Shown here in pieces: positions 52,518 through 64,000 of a stretch of DNA of 64,000 nucleotides (positions within the stretch are counted from its first letter, which is position 1; every line of letters begins with the position of its first letter). A model generated the notes under the pieces. The model was not told the DNA's origin. It was given only the letters and a program-made list of their open reading frames with translations, and ran no database searches. The position numbers and the translations under genes were made by a program. Source of the stretch: Marsupella aquatica (lineage: Eukaryota; Plantae; Marchantiophyta); the NCBI GenBank assembly GCA_973895155.1, contig OZ316891.1, positions 17,854,095 to 17,918,094 of the forward strand, written 5' to 3'.

Positions 52518-53584
52518 ATCGATGGGCCTTAATTCACAGGTCGCCCGGCTCGGTCCCTTGTTGCAGCTCGCCCAGCTCCACAACACCATAGACAAGGAGT
52601 TCGCAGGTCCAGTTTCCACCACGCAGCGTTAGCAAAACAAAAATGCTTGATCTTTGCCCTCCGCCCTCCGCCCTTTGCCCGAACCCCAAAATATCACAAG
52701 CGCAGCTCCAACGTCCAACCGGAAACCCTCCCCCGAGCTTTGTTAGACAAAAATCAGCACAGCACAACTGAGCTCGACGGAAATAAGCTCAGCACCCACC
52801 GCAGCTGAACAAAGCTCACACAAGAGCTCATACGGGAGCTCGCTGTGGGAGTAAAAGAAAAATAGGAGGGCCGATGGCAGCCCGCAACTCCCACACCCTG
52901 CTCCTTCACAACTCTGGCGAGCTCCTTTGCAACTCCAATGCAAACTACTATCCACAATTGTAAATGCACATCGATCAGCCAAACCTAAACCCTCCCACTG
53001 AGCTCAGACTCCCGCGCAGCACTCCCGCAGTAGCACTCCTGCAACAACACATTGCACATCCTCCCGCAACACTTTGCACAGCGCTCCCGCAGCTCCTGGA
53101 GACCTGATTGAAGCCTTGATTGCACACTCTTGAGGCAAAACAGCAGCGCAACCTTGCTAAACCCCTTGACCCTCTCGCCCTAAACGCTGAGTGGCAGACA
53201 CTAACCGCAACATTCAACGTTGAGCCTCGATACTTTGTGAGAAAAGTAAAACACGACTGAAAGGCGCGAGGGTGAAAAGGGTGCAAAGAGCCGTTTGGCG
53301 CCAACCTTACTATGACATGGCAGCCCCTAGAGTGATCTCAGCCATCCAGATGAAAAGAGATTGCCTTGAGTGATCTCGACCATCAATATGCAGGTTTCAT
53401 GTTAACCCCAGGCCCCCATTCCCTCTACTTCAAGTGTCTAAATTAATTACACTCCAAGCCTTGTCTAGCCCCTAAAAAACTAGTGCTAAGTCATGACTAC
53501 TCGGCCCTCTCAAAGTATAGCCCAGCTGAGTAAACTTCCAATATGCGACTTTTTGATGGTGGGGATCGATGGACTCCATCCAAT

Positions 53585-54070
53585 GGTCCCTAAACCCCCC
53601 ATCCCCTTAACCCCCACCCTTGACATCTCAACCCTCCACCCTTGACATATAAACCCCCCCTAAACCCCCTTTAGTGAAAACTCAGCCACCCCCACACCTT
53701 GACATATAAACCCCCTAAATGTCTTGACAACTCGACTGTGGCCAGACTGTTTTTGCAATGCCACGGGCCGTTTTAGAGCGCCGCTTGCAAGCTCAGGATC
53801 AATGAAGCATGTTGCCTCCAGCTCTCCAAATCCTCCCAAGGCAGCAAACAAGTTAGGGTCCACGGTCCCTGTTCGTTTACCCTAAATCGCTGCGTCACTA
53901 TTTCAATTGAGTGTTCTCTGACCCTAAACCCCCTTTACTGACCCCCACCCCCTTGAGACCTAACCGGCCCACGCTTGGCATATAAACCCCCCTAAACCCC
54001 TTTAGTGGTGAACCCCCACACCCTTCGCATGTAACTGGCCCACCCTTGAGCCCTAAACCCCCCCAAACCC
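53585..54070. repeat. C-rich subterminal repeats of CACTA-2 (CCTAAACCCC / CCCTTGACATATAAACCCC)
   Basis: Many degenerate copies within 850 bp of the right TIR. Confidence 0.75.
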
Positions 54071-54559
54071 ACTATGGAGTATATTCAAAATTAGGGAATT
54101 TCAACATTTACGCCATTTGTCCGTGTTCAAGTTAGCGGGATGTTGGTAAAGAGGTTGTCAAATGAATTGTGCCCCCCCCCCATATGCCCATTATCAAATT
54201 AAAGCCCACAACTAAACCTACAACCCATCATGTGCTAGAGTGTTCATACATTCACAAAGAAGGGTACTTTTCATAGTCTTATCCAAAACCAAAAAGCACT
54301 CACAGTCTTTTGTAGTGTTCATGTGAACCGTGGCAATGGTTTCGAGTCATTTAAGGTTGCCAAAAAGGACTTAGTGGCCTTAGTCCTATAAGGTTTGGTC
54401 TAAATTGCCCCGGTTTCTACTAGTGGAATATATAGAAAAAGTCAAAGAATAAGTTATATCTCAGTGTTTAAGTTACTATTTCATCCAAAAATATGCCTTA
54501 TCTCATTGCATCTTGGTACGTGCGTACTGTGTTAGAATTCCTGCAGGTGTAAACTAACT

Positions 54560-55012
54560 TCAAATCAAACATGATGTGTCCGAGAAACCCCCAATAGCGG
54601 GGTTTGGCAGGGCAGGACACCCGAGATCACTATCCACACCATTCAACAATGCAAAGTGGTTCCAAAGGATGCATATCCTCCTACTTTGTTTAGCGGCTTT
54701 GTCAGCACCGACCAGGGTTGTTGGGTTGACCACCCTACAAGCAATGCAGTCATACTGGCAAGAATGGATACATCCATGCGCTAGGATGGCCTTGACGTGT
54801 GGCACTTTGCCAATAAGTGACACATACACCACGGATGTGGGAAAGGGTAATGCCACAGGTGGAGGCCGGCTGTAGTCATTCTGCACTACAACTGGATAAC
54901 GAAAATACCATGCAGAGTGGGTTGGCCATGTGCCACATCTGACAAACTCTAGACGCAATCTCTCTGTGGTGCCTGCAAGACTCTGAGAATGAGTGCTGCA
55001 AGTCCTCACCAT
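54560..55012 (-). CDS. Unknown Cys/His-rich cargo protein orfX of CACTA-1 (150 aa)
   Basis: Shares MVRTC, LRLExVR, SAWYFxYPVV, YSRP, PFPTS, GCxHSCQYDCxACR, CIxWNH and CPALP with 49087-49536. Confidence 0.65.
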   Translation of the reverse strand: MVRTCSTHSQSLAGTTERLRLEFVRCGTWPTHSAWYFRYPVVVQNDYSRPPPVALPFPTSVVYVSLIGKVPHVKAILAHGCIHSCQYDCIACRVVNPTTLVGADKAAKQSRRICILWNHFALLNGVDSDLGCPALPNPAIGGFSDTSCLI

Positions 55013-57766
55013 AGCTATTCTTGATCACGTCCTGTGCTGCTTTGCTCACGTCCACAGCAGGTCCACTCGCTCCTGAAACTATAAGACCATGGTTAAAAAA
55101 CTGGAGATTTCATGACTGACCCTGAATTTCAGTTTATATACAGGGATGAATCCCTTCACGTTTTAAAGGACAAGCTTAGACAGGCTCAAGACTTTCCCAA
55201 TGCCAACAATTGGTAATTCTATTTACCGCGCACACAAACAAGACTCCATTAACCATACCAGAGTACAGAATAGGAGGCCGACCTAGAGAGCAGGTAGCAT
55301 TGATCCAAGATTCATAGAAAGAGAAGCAACAGCACGAGACAAGATGAAGAAACTCAAAACAGACCTTGAAACACAGTGACCACTCCTGACCGAAATGACA
55401 GGACCGTCAAGAAAGTAAAAATGAAAATTTACAAACATCCACGGAAATACGAGACAATGAAGTGAGATCTCACTTCAGGGGCTTGGCATGGTGCATGATT
55501 CACGCCCTCGCTGGTAAGAAAAGTCTTGGGGTGTTCCAATTGGCGGCAATGAGAGAACCCTCAAGAAAAAGCACAAATGACAAGGATAGCGCCAATAAAA
55601 TAGTGAACCACTTGAAGGACTAGGAGGAAGAATGGAACAATCAATTATCAAATCATATTATCATGTCCGCGAAAGTAACGAAAGCACTTTCACGCTGAAG
55701 TGAAAATTTTCTTCCACAGGCGACACCCGTTAGTTGAAGTAGATGCACAGTTGCTGGGAGATAAATTCTTCAGGTAGGAAACACAATTAGATCCACGTTC
55801 ACAAACTGATGCTCATCTTTGGTGCACTCGTTTGGAAGCTTTCCACCGTGGAGCCGTCACTACAGAACCAGAGAACTTCAAGAGAAAACTGAAGACGGCC
55901 AACAAGTTGACAGCTAGGGCCATGAATGACTCTGAGAGTGACTTCAGCAGTTCTACAAATGCTCACGCCTGGGATCTTAGTTCACACAAGTAATCCCACT
56001 TCAATAAATAATAGCATTGTCCACAAAAGACCAAGGGGGGCAGTAGCCTACTTGTTACATGTAGAACCTCAATGTAAATTTGGAGACGTAAACCTTTCAG
56101 CCAGTAATAACAACTTTACGGCAATCTTGCCCCAGCAAAAACAGACAAAGGTCAAGAGTGTGAACGTCACTGGCTTTGAGCTACCACAAAGTCGGATACA
56201 CGTATGTCAGCGCAACCAGAGTATTGAATCGAACAGCAAGCCAGACAGTAGGTAGCATTGATCAAGACCGACAGAACTTTGCTACTAGTATAGCAAGTAA
56301 AGAGCTTCTTCTCTACAACAAAACAAGTTTGTCTCTATTTCAACTGTGAACCATTAGTCTCTATTTAAACAGTTAACCCAGGACGTGGAGAGGACAAGAC
56401 TATTAAATGACAAGACTAAAGAGTATTTCATTCTTCCATTATGTACTCATCTATAGCAAACAGCAAGCAATATGTGACCAATATGCTGAAGTAAGCCTTA
56501 CAGACCAGCAGTGATTCGATAGTGTTCCAAGAGACAAAAGGAGGGAAGGGTATGTGGAGGCGCATCATCAGCATGGGCAGGTTATTTATTGCTATATTGC
56601 AAGCACATCCATGACAGTACAGGTACATCCGAGGCAGAGCACAGCAGGCGCCCTGCCAAACAAGGCAATGCACAAAACACAGAGAGGAAGAGAGAGAGAA
56701 TGAGCACATAGGATGAGCAGACGACGAGAATTCCTAGAGAAACTGTGAAGGTTTTAGATTGATTGCTTCAGAGGGGTCTATTGGATCGAGAATGTAACGG
56801 TCTAATCTGCAATACAGCCTCAACAATACATTCGGGAAGCCATCGCACAAAACAAACAAGACAAACAGCTGATTTCAGACCCGGACTTGTAGCAGAGAGC
56901 AGAGAGCAAGTAAGCTCTGTTTGGGAAAGCTGAAAGAAATCAAGGGCATGGCGGGGAAGTGAAAGAAGTTGACAAGCTTCACTAACCTCCAAACAAATGA
57001 GTGGCGAGTATGTTGAGCCAGATGAAAGCTGACAACTGCCAACAAGGAGTTTGGCAGGTCCAGTGTCCACCACGCAGCGCCAAGGTCCGACCGGAAACCC
57101 TCCCCCGAGTTGTGACCTATGCTGCCGACAAGCTGTGACGGCCCGAGCTGCTCTGGCCAGCTCCTTTGCAACTCCAATGTGAACCAATAGGTCCACTATC
57201 CACAAATCAGCTCAACGGAAATCAGCTTGGTGGAAATCAGCTCAGCCATTTACGACTCTGACAAATAGCCCAAAGCAAATGAGAGCTCAAATCCCAGCAA
57301 TGGTGACTAATTAGAAACTCCAACCTGCACTGTAGGTCGACGTCCACTATTGCAGCTTGCCTGTCTCCCTTCTTGCAGATTGCCTAGCTCCGCAATACCG
57401 CTGACAAGGAGTTTGGAGAGTCAGTGCCCACCACGCGGCGCCAATGTCCAACGTACCGGAAACCCTGCTCCTTCACAACTCTGGCACCAAAACCTGACAA
57501 TGCCCGATTAGCCTCGACGTTTCCAATGGAGAAATGCACTCTGTTTGAGCTCTGACAGGCTACAGCTGAATCACAGCTCCACACTCAATCGCTCTGCACT
57601 CAAACACAGTTTGTGGCTCTGTAGCTCTGTAGCTCTTGCCACTCCCGCACTCCGCACTCGCGCACTCCCACAACTCTGTGCTCCCGTAGCTTCGCACTCT
57701 CGTAGCTCCGCCGTGCAGCTCTGCACTCCACTTCAGAAAAAAGCCACGAGCCTTGATTGCAGCACT

Positions 57767-57866
57767 AACTCCAGTGCACCATGCCCACATTCACTCCCGC
57801 AGCTTCGCACTCCACAAACTCCAGTGCACCGTGCCCACATTCACTCCCGCAGCTTCGCACTCCACA
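57767..57866. repeat. 50-bp tandem duplication
   Basis: AACTCCAGTGCACC(A/G)TGCCCACATTCACTCCCGCAGCTTCGCACTCCACA occurs twice. Confidence 0.9.
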
Positions 57867-59045
57867 GACTCAATCCATGAGGTGCGATCGCAGCCCTAAA
57901 CTCCACAGCTCTGGAGGCAAAAAAAGCAGTGCAAGGTCCTTGCTAAACCCCTTTGCTCTCTTCTCCTAAACCCTTTGTGCTAGAGAGTAACCACAACATT
58001 CAGCGTTTCACCTCGATACTTTGTCGGAAAAGTGGAACGCTGCAACTCTTCATCCAACGTAAGGCGGGTGCAAATAGCCGTTTGGCGCGAACCCGTACTC
58101 TAGACTTACTCTGACATGGAAGTGCCTAGGGTGATCTCAGCCATCTGAATTTACACCCCAAGCCCCCAGGCCATCCCATCCATCCCTTATGTTATAAAGC
58201 CAACCCACTCACCCCCCAGGTTTTTTTGAATATAGTTTCACCCCAACGTTGCCACTTGTCTAACCCCTACAAATAAGTGCTAAGTGGTGACTACCTGGCT
58301 CTTTCAAAGTGGTGCAAAAAATGAAGAACTTCCAATATGCCACCAACAATGTTACCTAGGTGGTATAATTACTTGGGTAGTAAACATTTAATTTCTCGCA
58401 ATGCTTTTTAAAGTGAGAAATGACAATATCCATGTGAGTCCTAATGCGGGTCCTAATGCCAACCATTTATCCTAATTAAACCCACATTTTCATTTCTAGA
58501 GTACCGGCCCTATGTGAACCACTTTTTGTCTATTGCCAATTTTAATACCTTACTTACTCCTTGAAATTGTGTAAATCATACAAAGCTTGAGAAGTAATAT
58601 ATGCTAGTGGTGCTACAAAATAATACATTTTCTATGACACTCCCTTGCATTGAGAGATACGCTGAGTGTCTAGAAACCCCAAGCTTCTATGTACCCTAAA
58701 CCATGTTCCGGCCAGGATGTTGTTTTTTAATTTTCTCTATGTTTTAATTACCCTTGGCACCATTCACTAAACTTCTTTGGCAATTTAATGGCTCGCACTT
58801 CGGAAAATCACCACATTCCAAGTGCTTTTGCCAGTCCCCTCCGAACCCACTACTTGGTGGCAAGTGGTTTAAGCAATGTATCACTCAAATGTTGGTGACA
58901 TAGTTGCTGCACTTTGGTGAGAGTCCGATACTACATCACTTGTAGTGGTATTTACAAGCTCTCCATCCCTTACTTGATTGTAAGTTATTTGTAAATTACA
59001 ACATTTATGTCATTTATCACTACTGACTAGGTGATGGTAGTAGCG

Positions 59046-60257
59046 ACCACCACTTCATGAGAAGTTGTTTAGAAGGATGCATGATGTACCACCCCAGCCT
59101 TAGTGACAATGTTAGTTGCTAAAAATGAGGGCTTCGAAGCACATTGTTTTGAGATTTGAGGCACACAAGTGATGGAACATCATGAACTCCACACAAATCA
59201 CTCCAAGACTCTATGGAATTACAAATATGGGGCTTATGTGATGCGACACACAATTCACTCCTTTTAGCACTAGTTCATGGTTTGGGATCACACTAAAGTG
59301 TGTTGCATCACTCAAATACGGGTGCAATTTGTAGTCGCCAAAAGGCGAGGGCCTCAAAGGACATTTTTCCGAGTCAATTGGGCGTGTACATATAAATACA
59401 CTTTTTTGCAAGTGTTCGCACCCAATTTACTTCTCAACTCAAATAAAGGTGGTATCTTAAGTTACATTTTCCCAAAACCCTAAAACCACCTCATTTGTAG
59501 TGGTTTGGGAACAACAATCACCCTTGGACTACCACTTCATGACAAGTTGTTTAGAGGGATGCGTGATGTATCACCCCAGCCTGAGTGATAGTGTTAGTTG
59601 TTAGAAATGAGGGCTTTGAAGAACAAAGTTTTTAGTGATTTGGGGAGTGACAAACTTACAATGGATAATAAGAAATGGATCCACCTTGCGGCAATTCTCG
59701 GAGGGCCACGATTAAAGGAGGAGGGTTGGGCCCGCCGCCATAGCAATTCCTCTTTGTTAGCCCCCCCATGGTGAACCCATGGGACACCCCCATCACGTGT
59801 GCCAACTAGTTATAGCAACGACAATGAGATTGTGACGCATAAATTGCCAAGGTGGAGAGATTTGAGGCACCCAAGTGATGCAACAGCATGAACTCCACAC
59901 AAATCACTCCAAGACTCTACGGAATTACAAATATGGGGCTTATTTGATGCATCCACACAATTCACTCCTCTTAGCACTAGTTCATGGTTTGGCATCACAC
60001 TAAAGTGTGCTGCATCACTCAAATACGGGTGCAATTTGTAGTCGCCAAAAGGCGAGGGCCTGAAAGGACCTTTTTTCGAATCAATTGGGCGTGTACATAT
60101 AAATACACTTCATTGCAAGTGTTTGCACCCAATTTATTTCTCAACTCAAATAAAGGTGGTATTTTAAGTTGCATTTGCCCTAAACCCTAAAACCACCTCA
60201 TTTGTAGTGGTTTGCCCCCCAATCATCCTAGGACTACCACTTCATGAGAAGTTGTTT
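59046..60257. repeat. About 480-bp tandem repeat array, putative CACTA-1 right subterminal region
   Basis: Order A(59046-59143) B(59151-59507) A'(59525-59625), an insert of about 230 bp, B'(59856-60214), then A'' cut at GTTGTTT by CACTA-3. Confidence 0.85.
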
Positions 60258-63200
60258 CACTACTACACTATTGGCCCCTTTTGCGAACCCATACACATCG
60301 CAATCAACAAAGGCCCGATAAACAGAATTCCGGCACTTGCGAACTAACACGCATCGCTACACCATCCCAAATTGCGAAGTTAAAACCTTCGCACGTGGAC
60401 CATCGCAACGCCATTGCAACACCATCACAATTTCCTAACCAAATTCCCTCGCAACTTGTCGAACACTTCCGAGTTCGAAATCGTCGCAAACGCTTCGCAT
60501 TATGCCGCACGGTCCTTTGTTACCGACGTTGGTTTTTGTGAAGCTGGAAGGTTCGCTACGTGTTTGTGATGGGAATGAGTTTGATATTTGCGATGTCGTG
60601 GGGTTGGCAACTAGCGAGCCTTATAAGATCACTCTTATGCGAAATAAATTTGATGGGGACTTCTGATCTAAATTGGATCGAAACTTGTGAGTTGGTTTAG
60701 GCCAGAAGTTGGGAACCATTTGACTTCGCAACTTGTGATGTTACTTGGTTCTATAATAGCGATCCGAGTCATTTTAGTATTTCCTAGTTATCCAAGTTCG
60801 CAATGGGTTCGCACTTTCATGGGAACACGACTTTCAATCAATGTTTTGCGAGGGATTTCTCTTGGCAGTGGACCCAATGTGGAAGGCAAATGTTTTTTAT
60901 AAGATCCATGCAAGTATATAGGTGGATATACCAAAATGTTAGGGCTTGAATTAAGGAACCCAATACACAAGAGGGGTGGCGCGCATATCTGATGCCGGCC
61001 AAGTCACCCTACTCAACATATGCTATCCTAGCTAAGCTCCAACACGGCTAGTCAGTGACATGTATCTCATGAGCCCGGTCATGAGATTCTACAAGCTAAC
61101 TAAAATGGACTCTTCCAACCCCGCTTTGTCGGCTTCTTTGCCGGCTTCTTGCCCTTATCCTTCTGTGGATGTACAGCCTGGTGCTGACGGGTGCGCGGTG
61201 CCTTTCGGCGCTGCTGCTCCTCCTGCTCCTCCTCCTCCTCCTCCTGCCCATCCTCCTCCTCGTCACCTCCCTCCTGCTCCCCCTCATCATCAACCTGTCT
61301 TGATGATGCACGACTACTACCACTATCGCGATGGGATGAACCTACCTCCCGGCGGGTATAACCACCGTGCCAGGAAACAGTAAACAGCAAACAGTAAACA
61401 GTAAATAGCAAAATGGATGAGAATTTTTTTTGAATTTTTTTTTTTGAATTTTTTTTTTTTTTGGTTTAAATTTTTGACATTTTTTTACTAGCACCCCAAG
61501 CTAGTAATAGTAGCGCCTGGCGCTAGCCAAAAATGATCATTTTTAAAAATATTTCGAAAATTTTGAGTTTTAATGAGAATTTTTTTATATCTCATTTTTG
61601 CTGATAACAGTAAAATTTTGCTCATAACAGGAAATCATTTTCCTGTTTCCTGGCACGGTGTAAAGCCTCCTCCCGGCTACTGCCCCTCTCCCTAGAACCG
61701 CTGGTAAGAGGAGTAGCCCCCTCATCCTCATCATCACTACTACTTGCGTCAGCACCCGACCCCTCAGGCTCATCCGAATCCTGCATCCGTACACTTAATC
61801 AGTTTCTACAAATTAAAAAGGGTCATCCACAATGTTGGCATCACAATTAATTAAACCTTGAACACCTAGATACTTACAGTAGCCAACTCGGCATCCACCA
61901 TCTGAAAGAGGTACTTTCTCCCATGCTCCATCCCTATCTCAATATGTTTCTTGGATATCTTCCTCTTATATTTCCGGTACTGCCATGCACCATAAAACCA
62001 AAAAGTAAACCCATAGGCTAAACCAAAATTCACAATGCGAGAGGCCTTAGGCCTAAAAAAGTTAAACTACTTTGAAAACAACTCAAATTCACATTTGTGA
62101 AGCTAATGCGTTCACAAAATGCGAAGCCCTAATTTTTGCGAAGGCATTGCGATGGCTTTTGCGATGCGCGTACCTTCGCAACAGCATCAGAAAATCCAAA
62201 AAGAAAAAAGTGCATAATAGAGTTTGCGAGGCTCTTGCGAACAAATGCGCATCGCAATGGGATCGCAAACTGTGATCCCGAGAGGTTTTTAAAAATGCAC
62301 AAATTTCTAAGTGTCAGTCGTGACCTAAAACAATGCACAAGCAAGCACATGAGAGCATGGACATTCATGACATTCCATTCACTTGCATTACCTCAACTGA
62401 GAAAGTAAGGAGGAAAGAGCTTAGGGAGGAGAGGAGACACTCACAAAGTGGGCCTTGAGACCGGGGAGACCGCCTTGACCCAGCTTGTGGACTGGATTGG
62501 GGGTGGCTTTCACTCGCTTGGCTGCATCCATGAAACGTTTGGGTGGTCTTCCTTCTTCGTCGACCACCTTTTGCACATCAGCTACCTTCTGCTCGAGTCC
62601 CTTCAGGTCATGGTCAAGGGGGAGCTTCCCGGTCTCCTTTGCTTTCAGGGATCGAGCTAGTGTATCCTTCCATTGTTCCAACTCGCGAGCTGCTTTGATT
62701 TGCACCTCAATCTTGTAAAATGCATTCCAGATGTCCTCAGTGAATTGGAGGGGCCTGCGCAAATTCCTGTACGATATCAAGTCTCTCAGGTGGGCTCTAA
62801 TCTTCATCCTATCATGGTATCTCATTTGAGACATGGAATTAGAAATCTTGTCTGCCAGCCATTGCTCATCTATGTCAGCTCCATTACGAAATGCATCCTT
62901 GATCTGATTCATCACTCTCTTTCGCTCTGCCTTCTCAACCTTTCCCCATTGCATGCCTCGTGAGAAATTGCTTGTGATGATCTGTTTGATGGTGCTCTTA
63001 GCCCCTGCATAGGCTAGCTCAGTTGGAGTCCCAGTTGTCTCCAAGGCAATGAATGGAAGCTTTTTCCTTGCATCCTTTTTGACGTTGCTCATCTCGTTGT
63101 TTTCGAATTGCATCCCTCTCCTCTCTTCTCTTCTGTTTTTCTGTGGCTTGAGGAGAGGCAACTCCCGACTTAGCCCTCTCCTCCCTCTTCCTTCTTTTCT

Positions 63201-64000
63201 CTCTAGCCTTCTCCTCAGCTGCGACCCTCTCTTCCTCGTCTCTAGTAGCTTGCCCTGCCACAATTCCTGTTTGCAAAACCTGGCCTAAAATGGCACTCAA
63301 GGAGGCAAGCCCTGCTGGAGTATTCAAATTTACTTCACCCAACTGTGCAGCACTGAGATGTTGGGCTACTAAGTCGCTCCATGCATATGTTGCTTCTCCT
63401 GATTTGCCCCATTGCCACTACCACCAGCACCATGTCCTCCACTCCCACCGTGCTCTCCACTCCCACCGGTAGCCATAGCTCAATCCCTCTCAGGTCTCTC
63501 TCAATCTTCTCCCCGCGGCCCCTTCTCCTCTCGCTCTCCCGATCAAACAAGGAATGAGCTTGATGCGAGCTCCCGCCGACACTTACGCATTTCAAAAAAA
63601 CCTCTTTGCGATCACATTCGCATCACAAACTGCCACCCTATTACCTTCACAAATGGTCTCGCAACTTGCGATACTTTTGTGAAGAACATACCCTCGCTAA
63701 TCCATCGCAACCCGCAGAAACGCCCAAAAATTGTTCTCGGCCTCTGTATTTGCGAAGATGTTGCGAACCCGGGAGGTTCGCAAAATGCATCTCTAATTTG
63801 TGAAGCAATTTGTGAGGCAGGTGATCTCGGTTTAGGGTGGGAAACTATCCCAGGTGTTTAAACGGCTTTACAAGGGTATGGCCTATTTAAACCCTTTTAA
63901 CTCAACATGGATTTGTGAATGGCCAATTAGTTTGAAGAAGAGGATTTTAGGTTGTAGTTGGGCTTTGTGTTTTTGTTTTTGAATCTTAATTGGGTTCTAA
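60258..64000 (-). mobile_element. CACTA-3, left end only (different family)
   Basis: CACTACTACAC begins exactly where repeat unit A is interrupted (GAGAAGTTGTTT|CACTAC versus GAGAAGTTGTTTAGAAGG). It has TTGCGA subterminal repeats and a TnpA-like gene. Predicted TSD TTT. Confidence 0.85.
61100..63342 (-). CDS. CACTA-3 TnpA/Ptta-like multi-exon gene, apparent frameshift near 63050-63100
   Basis: RRPLQFTEDIWNAFY...PVHKLGQGGL (Ptta-like core, 62444-63100). Further putative exons at about 61878-61980, 61630-61800 and 61100-61380 encode an acidic then basic tail. Confidence 0.65.

Larger units (their letters stand above)
37463..54425 (-). mobile_element. CACTA-2, full-length 16,963-bp En/Spm element with cargo genes
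   Basis: TIRs at 37463-37492 and 54397-54425: 18 bp perfect (CACTAGTAGAAACCGGGG), then ATTTAGACC after a short mismatch. 3-bp TSD GAA at 37460-37462 and 54426-54428. Confidence 0.97.
26858..60257 (-). mobile_element. CACTA-1 (En/Spm) transposon, interrupted by CACTA-2 (37463-54425) and by CACTA-3 at 60258; right terminus not in the window
   Basis: Starts CACTAGAAGGAAATCGGG, similar to the CACTA-2 TIR, and is preceded by TGG (predicted TSD). Subterminal repeats follow. TnpA-like, TnpD, F-box and PHD remnants lie on the minus strand. The segment 54429-58340 resumes the same gene order and is homologous to CACTA-2 49087-53540. Confidence 0.8.

Noticed and set aside
53585-54070. Interstitial telomere array
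   Set aside because: CCCTAAA units are isolated and mixed with C runs inside CACTA-2, better explained as subterminal repeats.
58940-58950. GTAGTG as the CACTA-1 right TIR
   Set aside because: Does not match the reverse complement of CACTAGAAGGAAATCGGG and is not followed by TGG.

Overview
Eukaryotic, intron-containing plant-type DNA. A non-seed land plant is my inference, from the CRE-type retroelements, EDM2- and SVIP-like genes and a Dcd1-like amidase. The ORF track is therefore fragmented by introns. Left part (1-26.8 kb): a 7-exon Dcd1/acid-ceramidase-like Ntn-hydrolase gene (1911-4932, -), two decayed CRE-type (RLE) non-LTR retrotransposon 3' fragments, a perfect 77-bp-arm hairpin, two paralogous small SVIP-like genes, a Ty3/gypsy gag remnant and minisatellites. 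Right part (26.86-64 kb): three nested CACTA (En/Spm) DNA transposons. CACTA-2 (37463-54425) is complete, with TIRs and a GAA target-site duplication. It sits inside related CACTA-1 (from 26858), whose far subterminal repeats are interrupted by CACTA-3 (from 60258). Main finding: besides TnpD and TnpA-like genes, CACTA-1 and CACTA-2 share a syntenic, co-oriented cargo cluster: an unknown Cys/His protein, an EDM2-type composite PHD module and an F-box protein, plus a tandem-BRCT protein in CACTA-2 only. Most cargo ORFs are intronless and lie just behind their own splice acceptor. This is a candidate transposon-encoded anti-silencing or host-manipulation system. Family assignments come from motif recognition only; no database searches were run.
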